A DNA stretch of 64,000 nucleotides, from assembly GCA_017642535.1 (NCBI GenBank), contig JAGCOW010000042.1, positions 777 to 64,776 of the forward strand. Reading direction: 5' to 3'. Origin of the DNA: Bacteroidales bacterium. Its GTDB lineage: Bacteria; Bacteroidota; Bacteroidia; Bacteroidales; UBA1715. The notes under the pieces were generated by a model that saw only the letters and a list, made by a program, of their open reading frames with translations, made no database searches and was not told the origin of the DNA. The translations under genes and the position numbers were made by a program. Of this stretch, positions 53,113-61,041 are shown one piece after another; within the stretch, counting starts at the first letter, position 1, and each line of letters begins with the position of its first letter.

Positions 53113-55251
53113 ATGAACAGAACGAAACATATAGTACTGTCCATATTGACATTGCTCTGTTGCTTGACGACAACGGCACAAGTCTCCGTTACGACGTGCG
53201 AATACTGGTTTGACCAACAATTTGACAGTCGTACTACGGCAGAAATGACAAGTTCCACTTGGAGCGAAGAACTTGACGTGGCAACGTTGTCCCCTGGTCT
53301 GCACAATGTGGCATTTCGCGTGCTTGCGGTTGACAATACTAAAACGCTCTACAGCCCTGTCGTGACGAAATTCTTTATGCTTTTTGAAACAACACAGAGT
53401 GGCGAAAATTCATTACAAACTTACGAATACTGGATAGATCAAAAATTCGACGAACGTGTAAGTGGCACAATGGACGCGAGCGGCATTGTCAATCTCGACA
53501 TTGACGTTGCCTCGCTCAATCCGGGGCTTCACAACATCGCCATGCGTGTGATAGATGCCGTTGGCAAGATTAGTCCCGTAATGGTGAAGAATTTTATGTT
53601 GTTTGAAACGACGCAGAGTGGCGAGAATTCTTTACAAACCTATGAATATTGGATTGACCAAAAATTCGACGAACGTGTAAGTGGCACAATGGATGCGAGC
53701 GGCATTGTCAATCTCGACATTGATGTTGCCTCGCTCAATCCAGGGCTTCACAACATTGCCATGCGTGTGATAGATGCCGTTGGCAAGGTTAGTCCCGTGA
53801 TGGTGAAGAATTTTATGCTCTTTGAAACGACGCAAAGTGGTGAAAATACATTGTTGACATACGAATACTGGCTTGACAGCAATTTTGACGAGCGAGAGAC
53901 TGCGATTATACCTGAAGATGGCACGGTGATGCTTGACATTGATATTTCAACGCTTAACTATGGTCTGCATACATTTAATTATCGTACCATTGACAAAGCG
54001 GGACACACATCCGCCGTTGTATTCAAGTCGTTTATGGTGACGAAAATCGAGGGACCCTCAAAACTTGTCGGTGTGGATTATTGGTTTAACAACGAGCCAC
54101 GTACCCGAATTGCCATAGATCCCGCCCAACAAAGCATTGATTTGGATAACATTGTCATTCCCTTGGAAAACGTCAAACCACGAAGTATTGATGCGGAATA
54201 TGTTTTCGACGTGGAAACGATGACAGTGACCACGAAGGAAACGATAACAGTTGGTATTCAAGTGTTTAACAACGATGAAATTGGTTCTGAAGCCATAGTT
54301 GACACGTTGGAAGATATGAGTCTTACCGTAGAGCCAGTGTTTGTGGAACTTGGCAACGAGAAAACAGAAACAATAAGTGCGCCACAAGGTGGTCAGGTTC
54401 AAGGATTTAGTTATACAGGATTTGCGGAGGATTCACTCCATTGGGAAATTGCAGGAACCGATGCTCAGTTTGACTTCTATGATGCCGATGGCAATCGCAT
54501 TGCGCCGGAAACGAAGACGATAAACGAGAAAGATGTGTTTGTAATGACAATGCCGACCCCCACGGTTTATATACTTTCGTACGGGGCAACGGAAACGGGT
54601 GACTTTACCATAAAGGTTGCTCAACCTATTGAACTTATTGTAAACGATGTTTCGCGTCAGTACGGCGACGAAAATCCTGAATTTACCTATAATAGAGTTG
54701 GTGCCGATGTTTTGGGCGAAGTTGCGTTTGTCACGGATGCCGATATTTCCTCACCAGTAGGCGAATACGATGTGGAGCTAAATCTTGATGGTGTGGAAAA
54801 TTCGTATGTGACGGTGAAAAATGGAACACTGACCATTACGAAAAGTCCGCTGATGGTGAACGTGGATAATGCCACGATTACTGAGGGCGACGAACTGCCG
54901 ACGTTTGCGGTGTCGTTCGATGGTTTCAAGAATGGCGAGGACGAAAACGTGCTGACAACAATTCCTACTGTAACGACCGAAGCAACGAATGCGTCTCTCG
55001 CTGGCGAATATGACTTGGTACTCAGCGGTGGCGAAGCGGAAAATTATGATTTCACGTATTCCAACGGGAAACTCATAATTCTGTCAAAAACAGGAATCCC
55101 AATTCTTTCAATGCTTCAAATTGACAAACCGACAAACATATATACCATAACAGGAGCTTTGATACGCCAAAATGCCACATCACTTGACGGTCTTCCTTAT
55201 GGCATTTATATTGTCAATGGAAAGAAAGTGTTGCATGTAAGGAAGGAATAA
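53113..55251 (+). CDS. Secreted repeat protein: five ~73-aa YEYW-type repeats, MBG-like domains and a T9SS type A-like C-terminus
   Basis: The signal is MNRTKHIVLSILTLLCCLTTTAQ. Repeats begin CEYWFDQQFD, YEYWIDQKFD (x2), YEYWLDSNFD and VDYWFNNEP. MBG-like segments are VSRQYGDENPEFTY..VGEYDV..NGTLTITK and ..ITEGDELPTF..AGEYDLVLSGGEAENYDFTYSNGKLII. The C-terminus is NIYTITGALIRQNATSLDGLPYGIYIVNGKKVLHVRKE. Confidence 0.7.
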   Translation: MNRTKHIVLSILTLLCCLTTTAQVSVTTCEYWFDQQFDSRTTAEMTSSTWSEELDVATLSPGLHNVAFRVLAVDNTKTLYSPVVTKFFMLFETTQSGENSLQTYEYWIDQKFDERVSGTMDASGIVNLDIDVASLNPGLHNIAMRVIDAVGKISPVMVKNFMLFETTQSGENSLQTYEYWIDQKFDERVSGTMDASGIVNLDIDVASLNPGLHNIAMRVIDAVGKVSPVMVKNFMLFETTQSGENTLLTYEYWLDSNFDERETAIIPEDGTVMLDIDISTLNYGLHTFNYRTIDKAGHTSAVVFKSFMVTKIEGPSKLVGVDYWFNNEPRTRIAIDPAQQSIDLDNIVIPLENVKPRSIDAEYVFDVETMTVTTKETITVGIQVFNNDEIGSEAIVDTLEDMSLTVEPVFVELGNEKTETISAPQGGQVQGFSYTGFAEDSLHWEIAGTDAQFDFYDADGNRIAPETKTINEKDVFVMTMPTPTVYILSYGATETGDFTIKVAQPIELIVNDVSRQYGDENPEFTYNRVGADVLGEVAFVTDADISSPVGEYDVELNLDGVENSYVTVKNGTLTITKSPLMVNVDNATITEGDELPTFAVSFDGFKNGEDENVLTTIPTVTTEATNASLAGEYDLVLSGGEAENYDFTYSNGKLIILSKTGIPILSMLQIDKPTNIYTITGALIRQNATSLDGLPYGIYIVNGKKVLHVRKE
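53374..53811 (+). repeat. Two in-frame 219-bp tandem repeats (53374-53592 and 53593-53811), with a diverged third unit following
   Basis: Codon-by-codon alignment gives 17 nt differences in 219. They fall in 16 codons, of which 15 are synonymous and one is I to V. Confidence 0.9.
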
Positions 55252-55273
55252 CTTATTTCTATGAATACAAATC

Positions 55274-56050
55274 ATGGCCTTAACAAACATAGAAAAGCAT
55301 TACAACAAGCACAACGAAGACCTTCGCTTGTGCCGACGGCATGGCATTGTGGAGTTCGAAACCACTATGTACCATCTGCATCGGTTTTTGCAGCAGGGGC
55401 AGACAATCCTTGACGTTGGGGCGGGAACGGGACGATACTGCTCAGCACTGATAGCCGAGGGTTATCGGGTGAAAGCCGTGGAACTCGTCCGCCGCAATAT
55501 TGAAATGTTTCTCAAACGTGAACCCACGGCCGATGTGATTCAGGGCGATGCCAGAAATATGTCGTCGGTAGCGACGGATTTTGCCGATATTACGCTTTTG
55601 CTCGGTCCGCTGTACCATCTTATAGGCGACGACGAGAAACTAAAGGCGCTGAACGAGGCGAAACGCGTGACCAAGCCAGGAGGACTGATTTTTGTGGCGT
55701 ATCTGATGAACGAATACAGCATTCTTTCGTACTGCTTCGACGAGGAAAGAATCGAGGGACTTTTGGCGCAAGGAGCCGTGGATAAGGATTTTCACGTCAG
55801 AGTTCAGGAGGGGGAATTGTACGACTACGTGCGTCTGGAAGACATAAACCGTCTTAACGAGAAAGCAGGTTTGGAACGTGTCACAATCTTTTCTCCCGAA
55901 GGAGCCGCCGACTATATGCGTACCCGCATCAATCACATGAGCGACGCGACATTTGCCCGTTTCATCGAATACCAAAAATGCGTGTCGGAACGGCAGGAAC
56001 TTATTGGAGCAGGCAGCCACGTGGTGGATGTGGTGCGTTGTTGCTCGTAA
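55274..56050 (+). CDS. Class I SAM-dependent methyltransferase
   Basis: Motif I is ILDVGAGTGRYCSALIAEGYRVKAVE. The post-I acidic residue is present. Motif II-like is GGLIFVAY. Confidence 0.8.
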   Translation: MALTNIEKHYNKHNEDLRLCRRHGIVEFETTMYHLHRFLQQGQTILDVGAGTGRYCSALIAEGYRVKAVELVRRNIEMFLKREPTADVIQGDARNMSSVATDFADITLLLGPLYHLIGDDEKLKALNEAKRVTKPGGLIFVAYLMNEYSILSYCFDEERIEGLLAQGAVDKDFHVRVQEGELYDYVRLEDINRLNEKAGLERVTIFSPEGAADYMRTRINHMSDATFARFIEYQKCVSERQELIGAGSHVVDVVRCCS

Positions 56051-56094
56051 TCCAAAATTATTACTGTGTAAGTTTTTTTTCTATGGAAAAAAAG

Positions 56095-56102
56095 TACATT
56101 TG
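56095..56102 (+). promoter_or_regulatory. -7 promoter box TAnnTTTG
   Basis: TACATTTG lies 46 nt upstream of ATG 56148. Confidence 0.4.
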
Positions 56103-56147
56103 CAACAAATTTACGATAGGGTAAAGGCAGAAAGTCCTCTTTGTATT

Positions 56148-56570
56148 ATGACGATAAACGAGATTCAAGACGAGATTATTGAAGAGTTCAGTCTTTTTGA
56201 TGACTGGATGGATAAATATCAGTATCTCATTGATTTAAGCAAAAATCTTCCCGTAATTGACGAAGCATATAAAACGGAAGAAAATCTTATAAAAGGTTGT
56301 CAGTCACAAGTTTGGCTGTTTGCCGAATACGAAGACGGCAAGGTGATTTTCACTGCCGATTCTGACGCAATTATTACCAAAGGTATTATTTCATTGCTGA
56401 TTCGTGTACTTTCGAACCAAACACCCGACGATATTCTGCAATGCGATTTGCATTTCATTGAAAAAATCGGTTTGAAGGAAAATCTTTCGCCAACGCGTTC
56501 AAACGGTTTACTTGCCATGATAAAACAAATGAAGATATACGCATTGGCGTTTAAAGCGAAACAGGATTAA
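56148..56570 (+). CDS. sufE: SufE-family cysteine desulfuration (sulfur acceptor) protein
   Basis: The internal start ATG 56148 is used because the ORF-track start 55953 overlaps the methyltransferase gene. MTINEIQDEIIEEFSLFDDWMDKYQYLIDL.., ..IKGCQSQVWL (conserved Cys) and ..ADSDAIITKGIISLL are typical of SufE. Confidence 0.85.
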   Translation: MTINEIQDEIIEEFSLFDDWMDKYQYLIDLSKNLPVIDEAYKTEENLIKGCQSQVWLFAEYEDGKVIFTADSDAIITKGIISLLIRVLSNQTPDDILQCDLHFIEKIGLKENLSPTRSNGLLAMIKQMKIYALAFKAKQD

Positions 56571-56572
56571 CT

Positions 56573-56893
56573 ATGGAAGACGAAAAAGAACTCAAGAGAA
56601 TTCAAGATGAGGTTGTTGAAACGCTCAAAACCGTTTACGACCCCGAAATTCCTGTTGATATATACGAATTAGGACTGATTTACAAAATCAACTACAAACT
56701 TCCCATTGTGGAGATTGATATGACATTGACGTCGCCCAACTGCCCGATGGCAGAGCCGTTGGTGTACGAGATTCAGACAAAGTTGAAACTTATTAACGGC
56801 GTCGAAGACGTTGCCGTCAACATTGTGCTTGAACCCGAGTGGAATCAGGATATGATGACAGAAGAGGCGAAGCTGAAGCTCGGTTTGCTGTAA
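56573..56893 (+). CDS. DUF59/MIP18-family Fe-S cluster assembly protein
   Basis: LKTVYDPEIPVDIYELGLIY and ..MTLTSPNCPMAE are the hallmark motifs. It lies 2 nt after sufE. Confidence 0.85.
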   Translation: MEDEKELKRIQDEVVETLKTVYDPEIPVDIYELGLIYKINYKLPIVEIDMTLTSPNCPMAEPLVYEIQTKLKLINGVEDVAVNIVLEPEWNQDMMTEEAKLKLGLL

Positions 56894-57041
56894 AATCACA
56901 ACTTTTTTCATAAGTTTTTCCGTTATCGTCTTGCAAAACAAGATTTTTATGTATGTTTGCACGCTTTTTTGGAGCGGGGACTCATCACTCACGCACTCCG
57001 AAAAAGTAAGTACAATTGTAAATTTTCAAATATCAATTAAT

Positions 57042-58772
57042 ATGGGTTTTATATCTACAAACAATCTTAAAGGAGACATTTTTGGTGGAATCACGGCTGG
57101 TATCGTTGCCTTGCCGTTGGCGTTAGCGTTTGGTATTCAAGCATTTGGTGGCGTAAACGACCCGAATGCGAGTGCGGTTGGTGCCCTTGCAGGTCTTGTT
57201 GGAGCAACGATGCTCGGTTTTTTTGCATCTCTTTTCGGTGGAACGCATTCGCAAATTAGCGGCCCTACCGGACCAATGACGGTTATCACGGCGTCGTTGA
57301 TTTCGGGGATCTGGGTGTCGCAGCAAGCAAATGGAATTCCTTTTGACCAAGCAATTACCACGATTTTGTTGTCAATGTCGTTTGCAGGAATTTTCTGCGG
57401 ATTGTTCCAAATCTTGTTTGGTGTCTTGAAAATCGGAAAATATATTCGCTACATTCCGTATCCTGTGCTTTCGGGTTTTATGAGCGGTATCGGTATCATT
57501 ATCATATTGCAGCAGATTTATCCGCTCATCGGTCTTAAATCACCCGTATTGGTGGTTGATATGATTACGGAATTTCCCGAACGAGTTGCCGACGGAATCT
57601 CGCTTTCGGCCTTATTGCTTGGACTCGGGGCAATTGCTATCATTTATTTGTTTCCACTTGTTACAAAGAAAATTCCAGCAACGTTGGTTGCATTGATTGT
57701 GATGACGATAGTCTCGTTGTTCATAAACGATTTCCCGTCAACACTTACTATTGGTGAAATTCCGGCAGGATTTCCACTTCCGTTCTTTTTGAAAGATGGC
57801 ATCGATTTGTCGGTCGTAGATTGGGGCATGGTCTTGAAATCTTCGGTAATTCCAGGTTTGACGCTGGCGGGTCTTGGTTCAATCGACACTCTTTTGACTT
57901 CGGTTGTGGCCGACAACATTACAAAGACAAAACACAATAGCAATCAGGAATTGATAGGTCAAGGTATTGGCAATATGGTTGCTGCCACGTTCTGCGGTAT
58001 TGGCGGTGCTGGTGCCACTATGCGTACTGTTGTAAATGTGAAGAGTGGTGGTCGTAGCCAAATATCGGGTATGGTTCATTCATTGTTCTTGTTGGCAATT
58101 TTGTTGGGACTTGGTTCTATCGTGAAATTCGTTCCTCTTTCGGTTCTTGCAGGAATCCTTATCACCGTTGGTGCCGGGATCATCGATTTCAAAGGTTCAA
58201 AAGACTTGTTACGCATTCCGAAATCAGATTCTTTTGTGCTTGTTGTCGTGTTGCTCACGACTGTATTTGTGGATTTGCTTACGGCAGTAGGAATAGGAAT
58301 GGTGATAGCTTGTTTCTTGTTTATGAAACGTACGAGCGATTTTGTGGAACAAGCATACACGTCGGAGGAATTGCCGACTTCGTTTAATCCAAGTTCTCCG
58401 TGGTCAGACGAGGAAAGTTTCCCTGAAGAAGTTCGCCACAAAGTGTACATTCAGCGTCTCGATGGTCCCGTGTTCTTTGGTTCTATAACACGATTCAACG
58501 AAGTGATGCATGCTGTCCCCGACGACGTAGAAACGGTCATTATTCGTATGAAACGAGTTACCTTTATGGATCAATCAGGTTTGTATGCGATGGAAACAGC
58601 CATAAAAGACTTGAATGCGAGCGGAAAACAAGTTCTTATGACAATTATTCAGCCCCAGCCAATGAAATTGATGAGAAAGCTGAATATCATTCCTGGACTT
58701 ATTCCAGAAGAACATACGTTTGAAACATTTAAGGATTGCACCGATTTTCTTCGTGAGAAGTATTTGAAGTAA
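57042..58772 (+). CDS. SulP family inorganic anion transporter with a C-terminal STAS domain
   Basis: The preferred start is ATG 57042 (MGFISTNNLKGDIFGGITAGIVALPLALAFG). The core is multi-pass. The C-terminal STAS-like part is VYIQRLDGPVFFGS...FMDQSGLYAMETAIKDL. Confidence 0.88.
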   Translation: MGFISTNNLKGDIFGGITAGIVALPLALAFGIQAFGGVNDPNASAVGALAGLVGATMLGFFASLFGGTHSQISGPTGPMTVITASLISGIWVSQQANGIPFDQAITTILLSMSFAGIFCGLFQILFGVLKIGKYIRYIPYPVLSGFMSGIGIIIILQQIYPLIGLKSPVLVVDMITEFPERVADGISLSALLLGLGAIAIIYLFPLVTKKIPATLVALIVMTIVSLFINDFPSTLTIGEIPAGFPLPFFLKDGIDLSVVDWGMVLKSSVIPGLTLAGLGSIDTLLTSVVADNITKTKHNSNQELIGQGIGNMVAATFCGIGGAGATMRTVVNVKSGGRSQISGMVHSLFLLAILLGLGSIVKFVPLSVLAGILITVGAGIIDFKGSKDLLRIPKSDSFVLVVVLLTTVFVDLLTAVGIGMVIACFLFMKRTSDFVEQAYTSEELPTSFNPSSPWSDEESFPEEVRHKVYIQRLDGPVFFGSITRFNEVMHAVPDDVETVIIRMKRVTFMDQSGLYAMETAIKDLNASGKQVLMTIIQPQPMKLMRKLNIIPGLIPEEHTFETFKDCTDFLREKYLK

Positions 58773-58789
58773 TTTCCCCTTCCAAATTC

Positions 58790-58817
58790 TGTAGAGACGT
58801 GTATGGGCGTCTCTACA
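58790..58817. repeat. REP-like palindromic element copy
   Basis: TGTAGAGACGTGTATGGGCGTCTCTACA lies 18 nt after the SulP stop. The arms GTAGAGACG/CGTCTCTAC are perfect. Confidence 0.8.
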
Positions 58818-58831
58818 ATATCAAACAACGT

Positions 58832-58858
58832 AATGGCTGTCACATTGTGGCAGCCATT
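58832..58858. repeat. Second hairpin carrying the CACATTGTGG core
   Basis: AATGGCTGTCAC-ATT-GTGGCAGCCATT forms a 12-bp stem with one G-U pair. It has the same core and loop as 16410-16440 and 7740-7770 but different outer arms. Confidence 0.75.
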
Positions 58859-58869
58859 GTTTCATAAAA

Positions 58870-58893
58870 GATGCTGTTCCGAAGAACAGCATC
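58870..58893. terminator. Perfect 10-bp hairpin between convergent genes
   Basis: GATGCTGTTC-CGAA-GAACAGCATC. The flanks are A-rich upstream and T-containing downstream. It is the third hairpin in a 104-bp cluster. Confidence 0.55.
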
Positions 58894-58927
58894 TCATCTT
58901 AATTATGTATTATTTGTAAAACTTAAC

Positions 58928-59266
58928 TTATTGTTTTTTCTTCTTGAGAATCCAGTGAGTTTGCATTTCTCCCTCTGTTTTCACAATATAGCATTGGTCA
59001 ATTTCCCAACCTTGTTCTGCCATATAGTTCATGGCGTCAATCATTGAATTGAAAGATTGAACTTTTCCGCTTTCATCTTTGATTCTTTGGTCGGTAAAAA
59101 CGCCTTTTGCTTCGCCATAGTCTATGGAAACCTTAACTTTTCCTGTCAGTGAGAGCAGTTTTGCGTATCCCACCATGTCGCAATATACGTATGTTGGATC
59201 GGAGCCAGCAAAGGCGGAACTAATGAGTGTTCCGCAAAGTAATATTGTTGCTAATATTTTCTTCAT
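58928..59266 (-). CDS. Small secreted hypothetical protein
   Basis: The signal peptide is MKKILATILLCGTLISSAFA. The protein is 112 aa. It lies 5 nt downstream of the preceding minus-strand gene. Confidence 0.6.
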   Translation of the reverse strand: MKKILATILLCGTLISSAFAGSDPTYVYCDMVGYAKLLSLTGKVKVSIDYGEAKGVFTDQRIKDESGKVQSFNSMIDAMNYMAEQGWEIDQCYIVKTEGEMQTHWILKKKKQ

Positions 59267-59271
59267 ATTTA

Positions 59272-59850
59272 TTAACGTTTTGTTAAGTCATATTTTACAA
59301 CAACGTAGTCAATTCCTTCTTCATCGGCAACTGCTGCTATAGCAAGAGCAATTATCCAAGAATCTTCATCTTCTTCGTCGAAGAATAGGTCAATAAAATC
59401 TTCAATGGAAATTTTCATACCAAAAGTCAATGTTTTGTCATCGGACAAAAACATTCCGTTGTATTCTGCGGTTCCAAGTTTTGCAACATTGTATCCTGTG
59501 ACTTTTACATCTTCAACCGTTTGTGGTTCAATGTCGAATGTGAAACCATTAGATGCAGCGGCAATTTTGTTGCCATAGAAAACATCTCCGTCGAAAGCGA
59601 GACGAATAGCACTTAGCTGTTCTGCGTCCTTTTCAACAGAACCATTAATTGAATTTGGTTTTCCGAATGTTTCTTCATCGGCTTCCATACCTTCGTCAGT
59701 AGCCCAATAATACGTTGTGGTACCTGTATAATTTCCAACCGCTGCGTCGCGTACGTCAGGATCTTCTGTTTTTTCGTCTTTTCCGCACGAAGTGAATAAC
59801 AGTGCACCGCCAAGGAGTGCTCCCATTGCAAATAATAATGAACGTTTCAT
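59272..59850 (-). CDS. Hypothetical lipoprotein
   Basis: MKRSLLFAMGALLGGALLFTSCGKDEK has a lipobox Cys. The protein is 192 aa and acidic. Confidence 0.65.
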   Translation of the reverse strand: MKRSLLFAMGALLGGALLFTSCGKDEKTEDPDVRDAAVGNYTGTTTYYWATDEGMEADEETFGKPNSINGSVEKDAEQLSAIRLAFDGDVFYGNKIAAASNGFTFDIEPQTVEDVKVTGYNVAKLGTAEYNGMFLSDDKTLTFGMKISIEDFIDLFFDEEDEDSWIIALAIAAVADEEGIDYVVVKYDLTKR

Positions 59851-59989
59851 AAAATTTAACTTTAAGTTTATAAAAATGTTTAATTATGCAAATATATAAA
59901 CTATAAGTTTAAATGCAAATAAAAATATAAATTTTAAGTATAAAATTGAGATTGTCGTAGTTTGTAAATTCAACTAATAATAATAAAGT

Positions 59990-60325
59990 ATGGATTTACA
60001 AATAATAGGAAGAACGATACGGGGACTTAGGAAGAGTCAAAAAATCTCGCAAGCCGACCTTGCAGGTGAATTGGATATTTCAATTATGGCTGTTTCCAAA
60101 ATAGAACGTGGCTTGACAAACGTTCCCATATTGCGTTTAGACCAAATAGCCACGATTCTCAACACTTCGGTTTTCACACTATTGGGGGTTGAAAAAACGG
60201 ATATTTCAAAAATTGCCGTTTCGCAGGAGGTGGAGTCGTTGCAAAAAGAATTGCAAATGACAAAAGAACTGCTGAAAGCAAAAGATGAGATTATTGAACT
60301 TCTAAAAAATAAACTATCGGTTTAA
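59990..60325 (+). CDS. XRE-family helix-turn-helix transcriptional regulator with a coiled-coil tail
   Basis: IGRTIRGLRKSQKISQADLAGELDISIMAVSKIERGLTNVPILRLDQIATIL is a typical Cro/C1 HTH. The C-terminus, VESLQKELQMTKELLKAKDEIIELLKNKL, is heptad-like. Confidence 0.85.
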   Translation: MDLQIIGRTIRGLRKSQKISQADLAGELDISIMAVSKIERGLTNVPILRLDQIATILNTSVFTLLGVEKTDISKIAVSQEVESLQKELQMTKELLKAKDEIIELLKNKLSV

Positions 60326-60408
60326 TCATATCTCATACATTATATATAAAAATAGACAAAAACCTTCGGGATTTTAGATTTCTTCGCTTTTCTTTTCCAA
60401 AAAATCAC

Positions 60409-60416
60409 TAATTTTG
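60409..60416 (+). promoter_or_regulatory. -7 promoter box TAnnTTTG
   Basis: TAATTTTG lies 68 nt upstream of ATG 60484. Confidence 0.35.
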
Positions 60417-60483
60417 AAAAAATCTTACAGAAGGTTGTAACCATTTTATATTTTATCAAGTCTTACTATTGATTTTGAGAATA

Positions 60484-61041
60484 ATGTTTACTGACGATGA
60501 AATTATAGAAGGATGTTTACGGAATGACAGGAAAATGCAGAAGGCTCTTTATGACAAGTATGCAGCTCGAATGTTTGCTGTTTGTCTGCGATATGCGAAA
60601 GACCGAGATGAAGCTTCTGACATGCTGCAAGACGGATTTCTAAAAATTTTCACAAAAATGGATCAATTCTCACGAGAACATTCCTTCGAGGGATGGATGC
60701 GACGAGTGATGACCAACACGGCAATAACAAATTATTATCAAAACAAAAAATATAATGAACAACAAAATATAGATAATATTAACGAAACAGATATTGAGAA
60801 TTTTGAATTTAAGGACAATGAATTTTCTAATGAAGAGTTGATGAACATAATACAGGCGATTCCCGACACATATAGGGTCGTTTTCAATTTGTTCGCAATT
60901 GAAGGGTACAAGCACAAGGAAATTGCTGACATGCTCAACATTGAAGTTTCAACCGTCAAAACCCAATATCATAGGGCGAGAAAAATGATTCAGACAAAAT
61001 TGCAAGAATTGGAAAAAGAAAAGAATAGTAATGTTGGATGA
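60484..61041 (+). CDS. ECF-subfamily RNA polymerase sigma-70 factor
   Basis: Region 2 is RMFAVCLRYAKDRDEASDMLQDGFLKIF..FEGWMRRVMTNTAI. Region 4 is YRVVFNLFAIEGYKHKEIADMLNIEVSTVKTQYHRARKMI. ATG 60484 is preferred over the TTG at 60469. Confidence 0.88.
   Translation: MFTDDEIIEGCLRNDRKMQKALYDKYAARMFAVCLRYAKDRDEASDMLQDGFLKIFTKMDQFSREHSFEGWMRRVMTNTAITNYYQNKKYNEQQNIDNINETDIENFEFKDNEFSNEELMNIIQAIPDTYRVVFNLFAIEGYKHKEIADMLNIEVSTVKTQYHRARKMIQTKLQELEKEKNSNVG

Noticed and set aside
52165-53336. Minus-strand ORFs 52165-52719, 52846-53304 and 52875-53336, and 62489-63109 further on.
   Set aside because: They overlap signal-peptide-bearing + strand genes that have coherent domain structure. The minus translations are Cys/Arg-rich and have no motifs.
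55953-56147. The upstream extension of the sufE ORF (track start 55953).
   Set aside because: The extension overlaps the methyltransferase gene by about 100 nt and translates to non-SufE sequence. A TACATTTG box at 56095-56102 and ATG 56148 give a standard-length SufE.
7740-58858. Could the recurring palindromes be a CRISPR array or arrays?
   Set aside because: The copies are single or paired, are scattered over 50 kb in separate intergenic spacers, are imperfect and lack regular spacing. No cas genes are present.
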